Shown here piece by piece: positions 26,195 through 40,414 of a stretch of DNA of 64,000 nucleotides. The position numbers and the translations under genes were made by a program. The notes below the pieces were generated by a model. It saw nothing but the letters and a program-made list of their open reading frames with translations. It did no database searches and had not been told where the DNA came from. Source of the stretch: Flaccisagitta enflata (lineage: Eukaryota). Within the stretch, counting starts at the first letter, position 1, and every line of letters begins with the position of its first letter. The stretch spans positions 46,748,001 to 46,812,000 of the forward strand of contig OZ231126.1 of assembly GCA_965153355.1 (NCBI GenBank). Direction: 5' to 3'.

Positions 26195-27754
26195 AGGGGG
26201 AGGGGTTGTACGCCCCTGCTCACCCATCCGCGACAATATTGTAACCCCGGGTAACTTGATTGTTGTTTCAATCAACTTTTAATTGATTTGGAATATCAAT
26301 CTGTGAATACCTCATAAGGTTTTGATCCCCGGTAATCACGGGGATATCGGGAAATCAATTATGCAGAAAATTGATGAATGGAAAAACGGTTCAGAAGAAA
26401 AAAAATTCCCGTTGCGCGAAGATAGAGGAAGCTTGTCAGACATGCGTTGGCGTTGTAACGTTGAATTTCGATCTGAAATTAACGAGAAAAAAAAATGAAA
26501 TAACAGCCTAAAGGCAATATATGGTCAGCGGAACCCGTCGCCTTCTTAAGTGGTTTGTCAATGAAGTTGTGGGTGGGTAACAGGACAGCGACCCCGAAGG
26601 TAACTAAGTTCTGTAGATCTATCTATCTGCCTTTGTATATATCTACCTATATATCTTTCTATCTGAGGATTACGCCCGGAAAATGCGATATGTAACAGTT
26701 TAAGTTAAAAACATTTTCGAATTGTGCAAGTATAGAAAATTATCAGAAAAAAAGATGTTATGGAAATGACAATGTTTTCATTTGTTTGTTCTTTTTTCAA
26801 CTGTTGAAAGCATAAGATAAAGACGCAGGCGGATACTTCCCATACTTCGATTGCCACAAACAAGCGCGATTCCCACTTGCGACCAGCTGCCACCACATCG
26901 CGTTCACTTCTACACCGCAGCCTCGCAAAAATCTCTTTTTTTTTTATTCTTTTTATCCATACTCTCTGGCAATCAAATATTCTATCGCCCCTCATCAACC
27001 TTTACCACATCAACTCCTCCTCTGTCTTTCTCTATCTCCTTCTCAACCTCCTCAACCTCCTCATCCTCCTCATCCTCCTCATCCTCCTCATCCTCCTCAG
27101 TTCCCCTCTGAGCAGAATTCGCGAGTGCGAAATAATGATGATAAAAAGACACGGTGGGATTTCCATCACCTAATAAAAAAAGTAAGCTGGCTGAGGTTAC
27201 GACCGAAGGCCCAGCCGTGTGACAGACAAAGAGAGAGGGCGTGTGTCGCAAAAAGTGGTGTAAAACATAGGACGCATCAAAAGAGAACTATAATTTACTT
27301 GAATTTTCATAATAATGATAGATTTGGAGATTAGCAGGGTTAGATATACTGCTAATATCCCTCCTGTGTAGTTGAGCTGGACTGCTAATGCTAATAAAAC
27401 TTTGATAACTTTTAAAAGATATAGGTATGGATTGACAGAGGGAGGCCTGTAATAAAAAAATGATTCAAGATTTTGATAATCTATTCTAACTGATATTCTT
27501 TAACTTTCATAACTAACAAAAATAAATGTTTTAATTCTGATTTATATCAAATTTTGGACCACTTCTTATGACACGAGCCAGAGAGAGTGGAAGAGCTCTC
27601 GCTCCAAAATCAACGCGGAAAGAGAGAGGAAGAAAGAAAAAAGAAAAAAAGAAAGAAATAAAGTGTGTGACTGAGAGAAATAAAAAAGGAAAACCGAAAA
27701 GAAAAAAACGTAAAATAGAATTCACATAAATCGGAAATCATTAATTTGTCGGGT

Positions 27755-28172
27755 TAAGGGCGCTAGAACGTGCGGCGTCAGCGGCGAAGCGGCGTTTCGG
27801 CGTTCGCGACCGCACTTCTAGCCTCCCAGCGCAGTTTGACGCCGCGCCGCACTGCACAAAAATCCGCTTCATTTTCCAGCAAAAAAAAAAAAAAAAAGGA
27901 AAAAAAAAAAACCAAAAAACTAACGATAACGGAGAAAAAAAAAAACAGGTTAAAAGATAAATGAAAAAAATCATTAAAAAGTTAAACAAAACGTTTCAGA
28001 CGGGGAGTAGTAATAACGCCGCTTGAACCAGAGAAGCCCCGGTGTCCGAGTGGTCTTCAAATGGTCGTCAGTTCTCATTCTTTTGCTGTCTCAGCTTCTT
28101 TTCTCAGCGTCCTCACTCTCCCACGGATGTAAAATTGGAAAAACGATAAAAAGACAAAAGGAAAAAAAAGAC

Positions 28173-28203
<31 letters not shown>

Positions 28204-28414
28204 GACAAAATAGACGAAAAGACAAAAAAGACGGAACGTCCCCGTGAGAATTCGATAATAAAGAGCAACGCCATCTTTCTTCTGCAAATCAAATTAAACA
28301 AAAGATAAGATAAGATAAATCCACGAGGGCACGCGGCGCGGCGAACAAAATCGGAGCAAAGGACGTGATATCGGATAAGAAATAAAAAAAAAGAACGAAA
28401 CAAAGCAAAATACT
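27755..28414 (+). promoter_or_regulatory. CpG-rich patches upstream of the MMP ATG (candidate promoter/5'UTR)
   Basis: Dense CG dinucleotides at about 27757-27852 and 28322-28345 between A-rich tracts. Inferred from position only. Confidence 0.3.
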
Positions 28415-29010
28415 ATGGGATTTCACCGGATTACCATCGCATTCTCTCCCTGTTTGGTCACCGTCGTCGTCGCCGTCGTTTTCGTCGCCGTCGTCGGTTT
28501 GGCGATACTTCCCATCAGCCGCGTCGATACGGCGCCGATGCCGCAGCGTTACTTGTCGGGTTACGGCAGTGGCGGCGGCAGCGGCGGAGGAAGTGGTTAC
28601 GGCTACCGAGGCGGCGGCGGTGGTGGAGGAGGCGGTGGAAGTGGTTATCGTAGTGGCAGCGGCGTAAGACAACGTTACGGATATAACGCGGGCGGCAGGG
28701 GAAGAGGCAGTATTCTCGGCAGTGGTGGCCGACGCGGCAATAGCGGCGGGGGTGGTGGTGTTGGCTACGGGCGGCGATATTCTCCGAGTGGTCGCCCGTC
28801 GTCAGGGGGTGATGTCGTCGACGAATCCTTCGCTCACGACTTTTTGCAGCAATTTGGTTACATCCCTAAAGAGAAGAACGACTCGCGCGCTGCGGCTTCC
28901 GCCAACAGCGTCAGTCTAGAGGGATCCATCGCCAACTTTCAAAGAGTGGCCGGTATCCCGCAAACCGGATACTTGGACAAAACCACCAAACAATGGATGA
29001 AAAGACCCAG
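28415..29010 (+). CDS. Matrix metalloproteinase (peptidase M10A), exon 1: hydrophobic leader, Gly-rich segment, prodomain
   Basis: ATG at 28415, hydrophobic N-terminus, then FLQQFGYI...IANFQRVAGIPQTGYLDKTTKQWMKRPR, typical of MMP prodomains. Donor AG|GTGAG, phase 2. Confidence 0.9.
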
Positions 29011-29450
29011 GTGAGAAATGAAGAAAGGAAGGAAGGAAGGGAGGAAGGAAGGAAGGAAGGGAGGAAGGAAGGAAGGAAGGAAGCAAGGAAGCAAGGAAGC
29101 AAGGAAGGCGGGAAAGGCGGGAAGGGCGGAGGGCGGAGGGCGGGGACGGACGTATCCTTCTACAGCTCAAAAACAATGATAAGCTTATTTGCATATTGCA
29201 GTCGTTAAATTTCTTTCATGTTCTAAAACGATAAATCATCAATCTTGTTTTCACAATATGCAAATGAATAAGCCGTATTTCTTTATATAATCCAATATCA
29301 ACTTCCATGATTTTATACCCTTTTTATCTTTGAACCTCGGGTCGAAAGTCACTAAAGGTGCCCATTTGACTCCCCCACTGAGTATCCTACTAAAATTGAT
29401 GATATCAAGGATTCTTTGAACTAATAGACCAATAAACTAAACTGTCTGAA

Positions 29451-32089
29451 TAGGGGTGGGGATAATGCACCTTAGTCAACGGATCAAGCTGCAGGTGAAG
29501 AATATGTGCTAACATGATGAGAATAGATGGTATACCAAGTTTCAGGACCTTTGGAACAGTTTCAGCCTAGCCCTCCACCCCCCCCCCCCTGCCCTCAGGG
29601 CTTCAAAACCCAGAAAAAGCGATTTTTTTGCTATTTTAAGCATGTTTTGCCTTCCAAATAGGTTAAAAAATGATAGAAAATACTAAAACACATTTTAAAA
29701 TGTGTAACCTGACCTGTGATTACCCATTTGGGGTGTGATACAGGATTTTTTGTGGGTATAGACCCTCCAGAATTACTGCAAAATGATGATTTTTGCCAGT
29801 TTTAAGTAATTTAAGTTATATTGTGATATCATCTGTATGAAAATTTATGTTACATGTTCATGGCAAGTAAGTTGATAGGGGCAGTCTGTTGGTGGGCAGG
29901 GGCAGTAAGGCAGGTGGGCTGGGGCTGTCTTGTAGGTGGGCAGGGGCTGTTATGCTTAAAAATCACAAATTTGGCCAATTTTTCATCATTGTATTATTTT
30001 GTATTATGAACCAACCTTAGGATGGATGGGCACACTCTCTTAAAGAGTCGCTTTGCAAGCAACTTAAACATGAAAAAATGAATAATGATATTGTACATCT
30101 CAAAGCAGACACTCTTTTTATTACTACATCAGTTTTGCAATCAAATCTAAAAAATATTGCTAAAATGTGTTTTGCTGTTGTTTCATCCAAAGCGAATTTC
30201 ATTCCATCCAAAACCTAAAAATGTTTTTTAATACATTTCTGGTTTTAGTTTATGTTTCGTTTTTTTTCATGCCTTTTTCTCTTGCAAAATGTACAACTCG
30301 AGCAAAAGACAAGAAGTCACCATTTGGTGTGCCTGCACCTCTGATGAATGATTGACTGCCTACAAAAAGAGATGTTGGAGCCTTTTACATGATGAAACGG
30401 GCTGAGACACAGTCGCCCAGAGCTTGACGCTAGTTGACCAGAAATGATCGCCACCAACTTCAATGGTTTCATGACCCTGATGGTGCATAGATTACTTATC
30501 TAGAAAAAATGAAATCTGTTTTGGGGCGCTTTTTAAGATATCTAAAAGAATAGTACTATTTTACTATACTTTTTACCATAACTCTTTGTGATAAATTTTC
30601 TTGATGATTTTGACTGCAGATTTGATCTCAGATGATAGTTTCTGGTTTGTTTGATATGTCACACTATATACTTTTGCAAAAGAAATAAATACTTATTTTT
30701 TGGTCACATTACTATATAGAATAATGTTAAAAAGCAAAATTTAACTTTTTATTTCTTTTGCAAAAGTGTATAGTGTGACTTATCAAACAAACCGGAAACT
30801 CTCATCTGAGATCAAATCGGTAGTCAAAATTATCAAAAAAATTAATCACAAAAAGTTATGGTAAAAAATAGAGTAAAATGGTACTATTTTTTAAAATATC
30901 TTAAAAAGCGCCCCTAAACAGATTTCATTTTTTCTAAATATGTATTCTATGCACCAAAAGGGTTATATGAAACCACTGGAGTTGGTGGCGATCATTTCAG
31001 GTCAACTAGCGTCAAGCTCTGGGCGGCTGTGGAGATGGAGGCTCAACAACCAAGAATACCCGCTATTCATGATGTTGCTACAAAGGTAGTGAATAGCTTT
31101 CAATGAAATGTTTTTATAATGAAAATCTTCTAAAAGGCAAATGCAAAGACGTTTTAATGCTACTCTAAGGTTGATTTATTATGAATTAAGGGAAAGATGA
31201 AAGGATCGATGGACAGATTTACGATTAGACAGGCAGATGGATGGACAGATAGACAGATGGATGGAGGGCTACACTGACAGATGGAGAGATAGATAAACAG
31301 ACAAACAGACAGATAGACAGACTAACAAACAGAAAAAAACATGATCATCACGATTTTATCCTTGAGCGTGGAAGCACTGCAGGTTGGAAGTGCTTTTTGG
31401 TCACATGAATGACAAATGGCTTCCTATACTGAATATGATCATATTTGAGAGTGGTATGAAAAGGATTCCAAAGGTGAGTGGTATGCAACCTAGCATCATA
31501 ATCCAAATGGATAATCACATGTCAGGTTTAGAATGGTTCATATTAGGAAAATTTACAATGATGCAAAATTGGCCAAAATTGTGATTTCTAAGCATAACAG
31601 CCCCTGCCCACCTACAAGACATCCCCAGCCCACCTGCAATACTGCCCCTGCCCACCCACTGACTGCCCCTAACAACATACTTGCCATAAACACGTAACAT
31701 AAATTTTTGAACAGATGATATCACAAAATAACTATATTACTTAAAACAGGCAAAAATCATCATTTTGCAGTAATTCTGGAGGGACTATACCCATAAAAAA
31801 TCCTGTATCACACCCCAAATGGGTAATCACATGTCAGGTTACACATTTTAAAATGTATTTTAGTAGTTTCTATCATTTTTTAACACATTTGGAAGGCAAA
31901 ACATGCTTAAAATAGCAAAAAGTCGCTTTTTCTGGGTTTTGAAGCCCTGGGGGCAGGGGGGGTGGAGGGCTAGGCTGAAACTGTTCCAAAGGTCCTGAAA
32001 CTTGGTATACCATCTATTCTCATTATGTTAGCACATATTCTTCACCTGCAGCTTGATCCGTTGACTAAGGTGCATTATCCCCACCCCTA
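29451..32089. mobile_element. Mutator/Foldback-like non-autonomous element with TIRs of about 560 bp
   Basis: TAGGGGTGGGGATAATGCACC...GGTGCATTATCCCCACCCCTA, with exact 9-bp TSD CTGTCTGAA (29442-29450 and 32090-32098). Confidence 0.9.
30408..31031. mobile_element. Palindromic MITE nested in the 29451 element (CMC/Chapaev-like ends)
   Basis: CACAG...CTGTG termini, arms complementary over about 270 bp, 4-bp TSD GAGA. Confidence 0.85.
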
Positions 32090-33255
32090 CTGTCTGAAGG
32101 ACAAAGTTGTATCTCTAGATGGCGGGTGAACCAGCCCGCCCAGTGACCCTTGCCAATCGAGAATCTTTCAGGTAGAGCGAGGGGACGGGGCCGATGGAAC
32201 TCGGTGCCGAAGGATATGTGGAACAATATCCCTCACAATACCCAGACTGAATTTAATGAAAGAGGGCCTTATGAACCCGCATGGCCTCACTGTCTAGTTC
32301 ATACGCGCACCACTCCTAGTTTTCCACAAAACAGAATCTGAAAAACATCCACTCTCCTCCCCCAAATGTAAACTGCTTTAAGAAAAAGGCGATTCCGCTG
32401 AAGGACAGTTTGTGTCCTGATAGAGATAAACCGAACATACACACAAACGGAAAAAGACACTCTAATTGACCTTCTGTTTGCTGTTGACCTAGACCGAGCA
32501 TGCGTGAATGAAAACGGGCATTCCTGTTGATTTTTAAAGCCCTGGCTGGATTTCAGTCTCACTCTGATGTAAAGGTCTAGGACACATGCATTAGATTATT
32601 CGATTACGTAACATAGCCATGGGATAGAATGACAACACGGCAATCCAGTCGCGGACGGTCGGGCAGGAGCAGTAATGCGAAAATCACTCGCAATTCAAAA
32701 ATGTTACGGACGGATGGACGGACGGACGGACCGACCGACGGACCGACGGACCGACTAACACGGCAAGGTGTAGAGTCGCGTTTCCGCGACTAAAAACAAG
32801 GGGACCGATTGATGACGCCATCTTTTTAACAAAACCACCAAGCAATGAATGAAAATAGAGAGGAGATAGGGCGACACGAAGAAGAAGAAGAAGAAGAAGG
32901 AAAGGAAGAAGAAGAAGAAGAAGAAGAAGAAGAAGAAGAAGAAGAAGAAGAAGAAGAAGAAGAAGAAGAAGAAGAAGAAGAAGAAGAAGAAGAAGAAGAA
33001 AAATTAACAATTTATGCGGATCACAATGCCTTGGCGGACGGGTGGGTAGGGGCATTCAACCCCCATCCACTACCCCCCCCCACAAACAACTTTCGAAACG
33101 CTTGTTTTTCGTTCGTGCTTATGGACGGATCGATGGACGGATTGACGGACGGACGGACGGACAAAGCAACTGAAAAAAAGAAAAAGAAAAAGAAAGAAAA
33201 AAAAAAAGACTGAGTACGAAAAGGGACGAAAAAGAACATGATTGAGAAGAAGAAG

Positions 33256-33356
<101 letters not shown>

Positions 33357-33394
33357 CTAAAGATGAAAGAGCAGTTCATTCACTCACTGGCTAT

Positions 33395-34013
33395 TAGACC
33401 CATTTTTTCTCGAGACTTTTGAAGCTAGAAAACATATGACAGTGCCATATTGTTGCAAACCTTATCTGCTATCATGTTGTAAAAAGAAAAAAACAATTTT
33501 CAAAATTCTTGGCTCGGGTTTCGAACGGTGAAATTTGCTAAATGTTTAAGAAAATGAAAATTTCAAAATGAAAATTTTTGAAATCTGATTGCAGATTCAG
33601 ATTCTTCATGAAAAAGTATAAATGAAAAGTGCTCTTCTTTTTTTGATATTTTTACAAAAAGCCTGTCAAATATTAAAAAAACTAACGAAAAGCGCGTAAT
33701 TGTTCTTTTGTTCACTTTTTTTAACTAAAATTAGATTTTTTGTCATGTTCCCATAAGAATTTTAAAAAATAAATCATACTTTGCGAACATACTTTTTCAT
33801 GGAGAATAAGAAACTGCAATCAGATTTTTAAAATTTTCATTTTGAAATTTTTAATTTTCTATACTTTTAGCAAATTTCACCGTTCGAAACCCGAGCCAAG
33901 AATTTTGAAAATTGTTTTTTTCTTTCTACATTATGATAGCAGATAGACTTTGCAACAATATGGCACTGTCATATGTATTCTAACTACAAAAGTCTTGGGG
34001 AAAAATGGGTCTA
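33395..34013. mobile_element. Palindromic MITE with an 8-bp TSD (hAT-like)
   Basis: TAGACCCATTTTT...AAAAATGGGTCTA, TSD CTGGCTAT (33387-33394 and 34014-34021), arms complementary over more than 200 bp. Confidence 0.88.
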
Positions 34014-35090
34014 CTGGCTATTTAGTTCCTTGGGCCTTTTTTAGATGCGTCATCGCATCTCTATAAGAGGGTCTATTCGTCCGTCAGTCCGTCCATCGGT
34101 CGGTCGATGGGTCCGCCCGTCCGCCCGTCTGTCTGTCCGTTACTCCGCTTTCATATCTTGCAGATGACGCACCGATTTGCTCGCCTGGGCTTGCTTTTCT
34201 CAAAAAAGCCATTCTAGCCAACTCGTAATGCTGACTAACGATTCGTCAAGTGTCGAATACACGAGAGCTATTTGCATAAAAAATGAATCAGCCCATAGTC
34301 TCAACCTAAATATATTCAAGAAAAGTGGGGTGCTCTTTACGCTCCAATCCACGGAGGAATGTAAATGGCCTCATTCATGGGCGAGTTTTCTTTCGAAAAA
34401 CGTTATCAAACTCGTCTTTTTTTCTTCACTTTTCTTTAATGACCGATGTAGTACTTCTTTTCCAATGGATGGATTCGAGGGCTTATCCAACAAGTACAAG
34501 GCCATAGAAAACCTCAGCATAAGTAAAGACGAGCACCGCTGGGAGAGCCTGATAAGGGGTAATACCCTGGATCTAACATTGAATTTGAGAAAAAGTAATC
34601 TTGTGAATTTTTTTGTTTTAAGCTTTAACATTGATTTTGAGAAAAAATAATCTTGTGAATTTTTTTGTTTTAAGCTTTAGAAAGAATTCTAATAAAAGGA
34701 ACCTCAAGAGCCTTTAGTCAAGACAACAACTCCCTTCCTCAATTATTCATCAGTTTTCAATGTTCAAGCATATAGTTTCCTTATAATCAAGCATAAGAGA
34801 CTGTTTTGATAATAAAATCAAAGAAAAGAAGAGCGGCGGCATATGAATTCCGGTATGTGGAATGTTTAAAAACATTTGTTTTGCTAAACTGTGACTTTAC
34901 AAAGTTGGAAGATGCATATTGCAAAATGGCCAGCTATTTGAACTACGAACCAACCCATGTACTGAATAACATTTCAGCCGTACTTGAAAGCAAATTTGCT
35001 ACTGCTATTTTATGTTCCAACAAAGTCATTTCGTATTCATGACTCATTTGCTCTTTTTTTTTTTTTTTTATCTAATTTTGTTATAAACAG

Positions 35091-35256
35091 ATGTGGAATG
35101 CCGGATGGGGCAAAAGAGGAAGACGCCAACGCGACGATGGGAGAATATTCTCTGTATTACACGAAATGGCCGAGGAAGAAACTCACTTGGTCCATCGTCA
35201 GATATGGGAAAATGGGCGAATTGGGTCGGTCCACGATAGACAACATTCTTGCCCAG
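35091..35256 (+). CDS. MMP exon 2: cysteine switch and start of catalytic domain
   Basis: Acceptor (T-tract)...AAACAG|A completes PR-CGMPD; also encodes KWPRKKLTW. Donor CAG|GTACG, phase 0. Confidence 0.93.
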
Positions 35257-36495
35257 GTACGCAAGACCTCTCATGTTTATCGGAATTATTGTTACTTTAT
35301 TTTTGGTTGACCTTTAAGTCGTGAATATAGTCCATGATGCCGTGACGTCCGTACGCTGCGCTGATTCGTCCGTTCGCACTTGTCTGTCTGCCAGTACGTC
35401 CGTTTGCCGATTCATCTGTCCACGGGTGCGTCTGTCCATACGCCCCAAATCCAGGCAGACATCTTTGGATGTTATTTGTACATCTCCGCCAATTACGAGA
35501 CCATGAGTTGCCACGTCCCTTGGAGACTAAGAGTGTGAGTATGCACTGCTCTACAAAGTAGCCGAGCGCGCGAGCGGCGGTCGCTTGAAGCTAGCTAGGC
35601 CAGCAGGAAGGGAAGGAAGGAAGGTAAGGTAAGCAAGAAAGAAAAGGAAAAGAAGTAAAAGAACGGAAAAAAAGGGAAAAAAAAAGAGAAAAAGAAAGAA
35701 AGAAACAGACTGGGGTATCTGCTAGGACACCAAAGGTCTAATGGTGTTGAGTCGCGTGTGGGGCTTTGTAATGCTTTTGTCCCATTTCCAATGGACAAAG
35801 CTTTCAAAAATGGATTTCAAAAACGTTTCTTTTCAGCAAAAAAGGGACAAAAGGATGAGAGGAAAAAGAGAAACATATTTGCTTTTGGAATGGAGAGGGT
35901 TTAAAGGAAACTTGAGTCCCGAGGAATGACAACTCGAAATGGAAACCTCTCTTCAACAGTCGATATGTGACTAGATTTGTATGATTTCAGTTTCGCTCTT
36001 TATATCTAGTTTGATATTGTCAGTTTGTCACTGCGCTGGAAGGTTGTCCTCTTCTACTTCTGTCAAATACAATTTTCTTTGCCGTCGCGTTCCACATTCT
36101 CAAATGTCTAAATGCCATCAAGTGGCTTTGTCAGTGCGTTGACAGGTTTGTCGATTGCGTTACTATCTTTTTCATGTCCTTTTTTAAAACCACTATTAGT
36201 AATAACTATCCGTCCATAATAACGTACGTGTCGCGATCGGTCCATTGGTCTGTTCTTATCAATTCACTGCTTTATGAGCGGTTTATCTCATTAATGTCCC
36301 TGCCCAACCACGCGCGACAATCACGTTTGTCCTTGTGATCGTCCTATTGATCGTCCAAATGAAAACATTGTTTGTTCTGTCTAAAAGTTCACAGACCTAG
36401 ATATTGAGAATTAGTTTCATGCCATGTACATTGCACAATAATTTAATTACGCAAATTGCGTTGGCGTTGTTTCCTGGATTTGGATTATGTAGCTC

Positions 36496-36931
<436 letters not shown>

Positions 36932-37429
36932 AAGTTGGGAGGCGGGGGCGTTGTACTGATTATCACAGTAACTACGCGTTTCTTGTTTCTCTACTTCTTG
37001 ACAAGAATTCTGATTGTCATGCATGAACAAGGTTTTGGTGTCATGATTCCATTTTTTTAACCGGCAATCAACTTGACAAAAACTTCATCAAACAAATAAT
37101 TTCTCACATGATTACTAAATAATGGTGATAAAAACTGTTTTTCATTTCCTTCCCTGAAACTTCATCAAACCATCTTGTACTAATCCGGCATCTGTAGCTA
37201 AAACCGTTTAAAAATAAGTTACAAGAGGAAAAAAGTTTCAGAGAATAATTGTTTTTTTCAGTCTTAGCTATGTATACATAAGGTTCTTCAAATTAATGCT
37301 ACAGACAAACTATTTGACTTGGACCCTTGAAATTTTGATACAAAAAACGTCAAACAATATACTAAAGGAGGAATAAAAGAAAGAGTCAGAGGGTTGAGCA
37401 TGAGAGGCACAGCACTTATCTAGAATAAG

Positions 37430-37535
37430 TATCTAGGCACGGTGTGTTATCTAGGCACGGCGTGTTATCTAGGCACGGTGTGTATCTAGGCACGGTGTGT
37501 TATCTAGGCACGATGTTTATCTAGGCACTGTGTGA
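37430..37535. repeat. Minisatellite TATCTAGGCACGGTGTGT, 17-18 bp, about 6 copies
   Basis: Tandem units are directly visible. Confidence 0.9.
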
Positions 37536-37573
37536 CGGCAAAAAGAAACAAATCATGGTGTTGCGGCTGCAGC

Positions 37574-37608
<35 letters not shown>

Positions 37609-38251
37609 CGACGACGAGGCACGGTGTGACGGCGAAGTGAAATAAATACCCGGACTTAATATTCATAAAACGCTCCTCTTGGGATCTTGTTAACGATTAT
37701 TCTGTCATGACTGAACACGTGAGAAGATGTGAAAAATGCTGAAAAACTTTCAAACTCTGGACGTATCACCATTGTATTTCTTTGTGAAAAAACATATTCC
37801 CATTTAGATGCTCATTTGTCAACTCGTTTGCCTTTTGTTCGTCTCGGGCGATTATACTTTGATAATTCCAAAAATTCCTAGAATAAGTCAACCGTAATTG
37901 AAGACACTGTATTTTAGTTGACTAAAAAGTTATAAAGAGTTATTTTTTTATGACGATCTTAGGAACCTAGGGTTCTTTTGTAGTGTTTTAATCTTTATAA
38001 GTAAAATGTTGCTCATTCAATTCTGATATAAATATGGCAAGATTGCCTTTGATTTTCTCTCTTATCAGTCTGCGCTTATCAAAAAAAAATAAATTTCATA
38101 GTATTATACAATGAAAAAGTCATTCATAAATTTTGTAGGCAGGAACCAGCGGAAAAATTTTGCAAAAATTTTTGTCGGACCCTGACCGTTGAATCCATCT
38201 AGTTTCCTTGCAGTGAAGCCAGATCACAGCTACGACTCACCAACTCTATCC

Positions 38252-38404
<153 letters not shown>

Positions 38405-39772
38405 ACTGAAATACCCATTTATACTTCATTCTTAATAACGGCACGGTCGGTTAGATATCAGATCCCATTTTACCGATCTTATTTAGTGGAGAGCCAATTT
38501 GGTAAATAGCAAAGAAAGAGCGAATATACGATTTTAGTCAAGTGCTACGCGACTCTACACCCCGCTTTGTCGGTCCGTCGGTCGGTCGGTCGGTTTTTCG
38601 GTCCCCTTTTCTCTTTTTCGGCGTATCTAAGCGTTTTGAGTTCAAAGCTCCTGCTAAAATGCCCCAGTGACCTTCTCCAACACTGCCCCAGCCCTGCCCA
38701 CCGGCACGCTCGGGTGTGTCAATATGCAAAAGCATTTTTGATCAGATCAGTGTAAACAAATAGATTCTTAAACTTCTAGTATTTTTACTATTTAAAATTT
38801 CATTCATCTTTTATTTTTTTAGCGTAAGCAAAGATTCTCAAAAATATATATACTTCCAGCATCTGCACTCAGTTTTGTCAAAAATAACACCAATAACTTC
38901 TACGCAAAAGATTTATTTTTGTTTGTTTCTTCAATTTTATTGATAAATGAACAAGTTTTACCTAATTGCAACTAAGATTGACCCCAAAATATTGATATGT
39001 TTTAACTTGATTATGGTCATGAGCAATAATACTGATACAAAATCATCAATACTGCAATATACAAACTGACGAATAAACAAGTATATTGTCTGATGTTTAC
39101 GGTTTCATCAAAAAAACTTTTGCATAATGACACACCCGACTGGCACGTGACTAGGGTAGCCGCGTATCCGGGATTGTTGAATCCAGATTTGGCGCTGAAA
39201 ATGATCCTTTCACGTTTATCAAAATAAACAGACCATTCCATAATGTGAAAGCCTTTGAAACGGGTTCTCTTTTCCGTAATCGTCAGGGAAAAAAACATGA
39301 CCCTAAAAAAAGATTTATAAATGGAAAGAAAAATGACTCTGAACGTAGCCCACTATGAAAACAAAGCTGTTAGTGCCATTCGAATGTCATTATTATATTA
39401 TCAGTATTATTTGCATACATTGCCAATTACTAATTTGGAATGCTCTATAAAAATCCAAAACTACCAAATATCATCATATCGTCATTTGTATCTATCTAGA
39501 ATCACCATTCAGGCGGGGCGACCGATCGTATTAGTCCATCATATTCCATTACAGAAGATCTATGATCACAAAAAAAGAAAAAAAGGACGCGTGCTACGAG
39601 ACTCTATATGCATTTATGTCACTTTTTGTTTGGGCCGCCCAATGCGACAACCCATGAACTGTTGTCTGATATTACGTGTTGAATTATGAAATGACTTAAC
39701 GCAAGCGACTTATACTGTTATAGCTGGCATTGCTATTTCATGCAGCCACATATCATCTCTCTTCCTTTGCAG

Positions 39773-39942
39773 GCTTGGAAGGCGTGGTCTGACGTCTCCC
39801 AACTAACGTTCGAGCGGCGTCCGGACGGATCGCCGGTCGACATCCGAGTCAGTTTCGCCGCTGGAAGCCACGGCGATGATTCGCCCTTCGACGGACCGGG
39901 AAGAGTTCTGGCTCATGCCTTCTATCCACAACCATTCGCCAG
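39773..39942 (+). CDS. MMP exon 3: catalytic domain (structural Zn/Ca region)
   Basis: Acceptor CTTTGCAG|GCT. Encodes AWKAWSDVSQLTF...DIRVSF...HGDDSPFDGPGRVLAHAFYP. Donor AG|GTTCGT, phase 2. Confidence 0.95.
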
Positions 39943-40012
39943 GTTCGTGACTTAAAGTGTGTGTTTGATTTGGTGTAGAATGAAGATTGTGTGTTGGTTT
40001 GTTTTTGTGCTG

Positions 40013-40177
<165 letters not shown>

Positions 40178-40201
40178 GTCAGATGGTTTGTTTTTGTGCT
40201 G

Positions 40202-40266
<65 letters not shown>

Positions 40267-40291
40267 TGTGTCTGTGTCTGTGTCTGTGTCT

Positions 40292-40358
<67 letters not shown>

Positions 40359-40414
40359 AGACAGCAAGTGAATTAATAAGGACGAAAGCAAGAAAGGAAG
40401 GAAAAAAGGAAAAA

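Noticed and set aside
34177-34650. 157-aa plus-strand ORF in MMP intron 1
   Set aside because: No motif or convincing splice pair; exons 1 and 2 already join to form an intact PRCGMPD.
37430-37535. CRISPR-like regular repeats (also the 21-bp arrays near 21000, 40600 and 42150)
   Set aside because: Head-to-tail units with no unique spacers, no cas genes, and a eukaryotic context.
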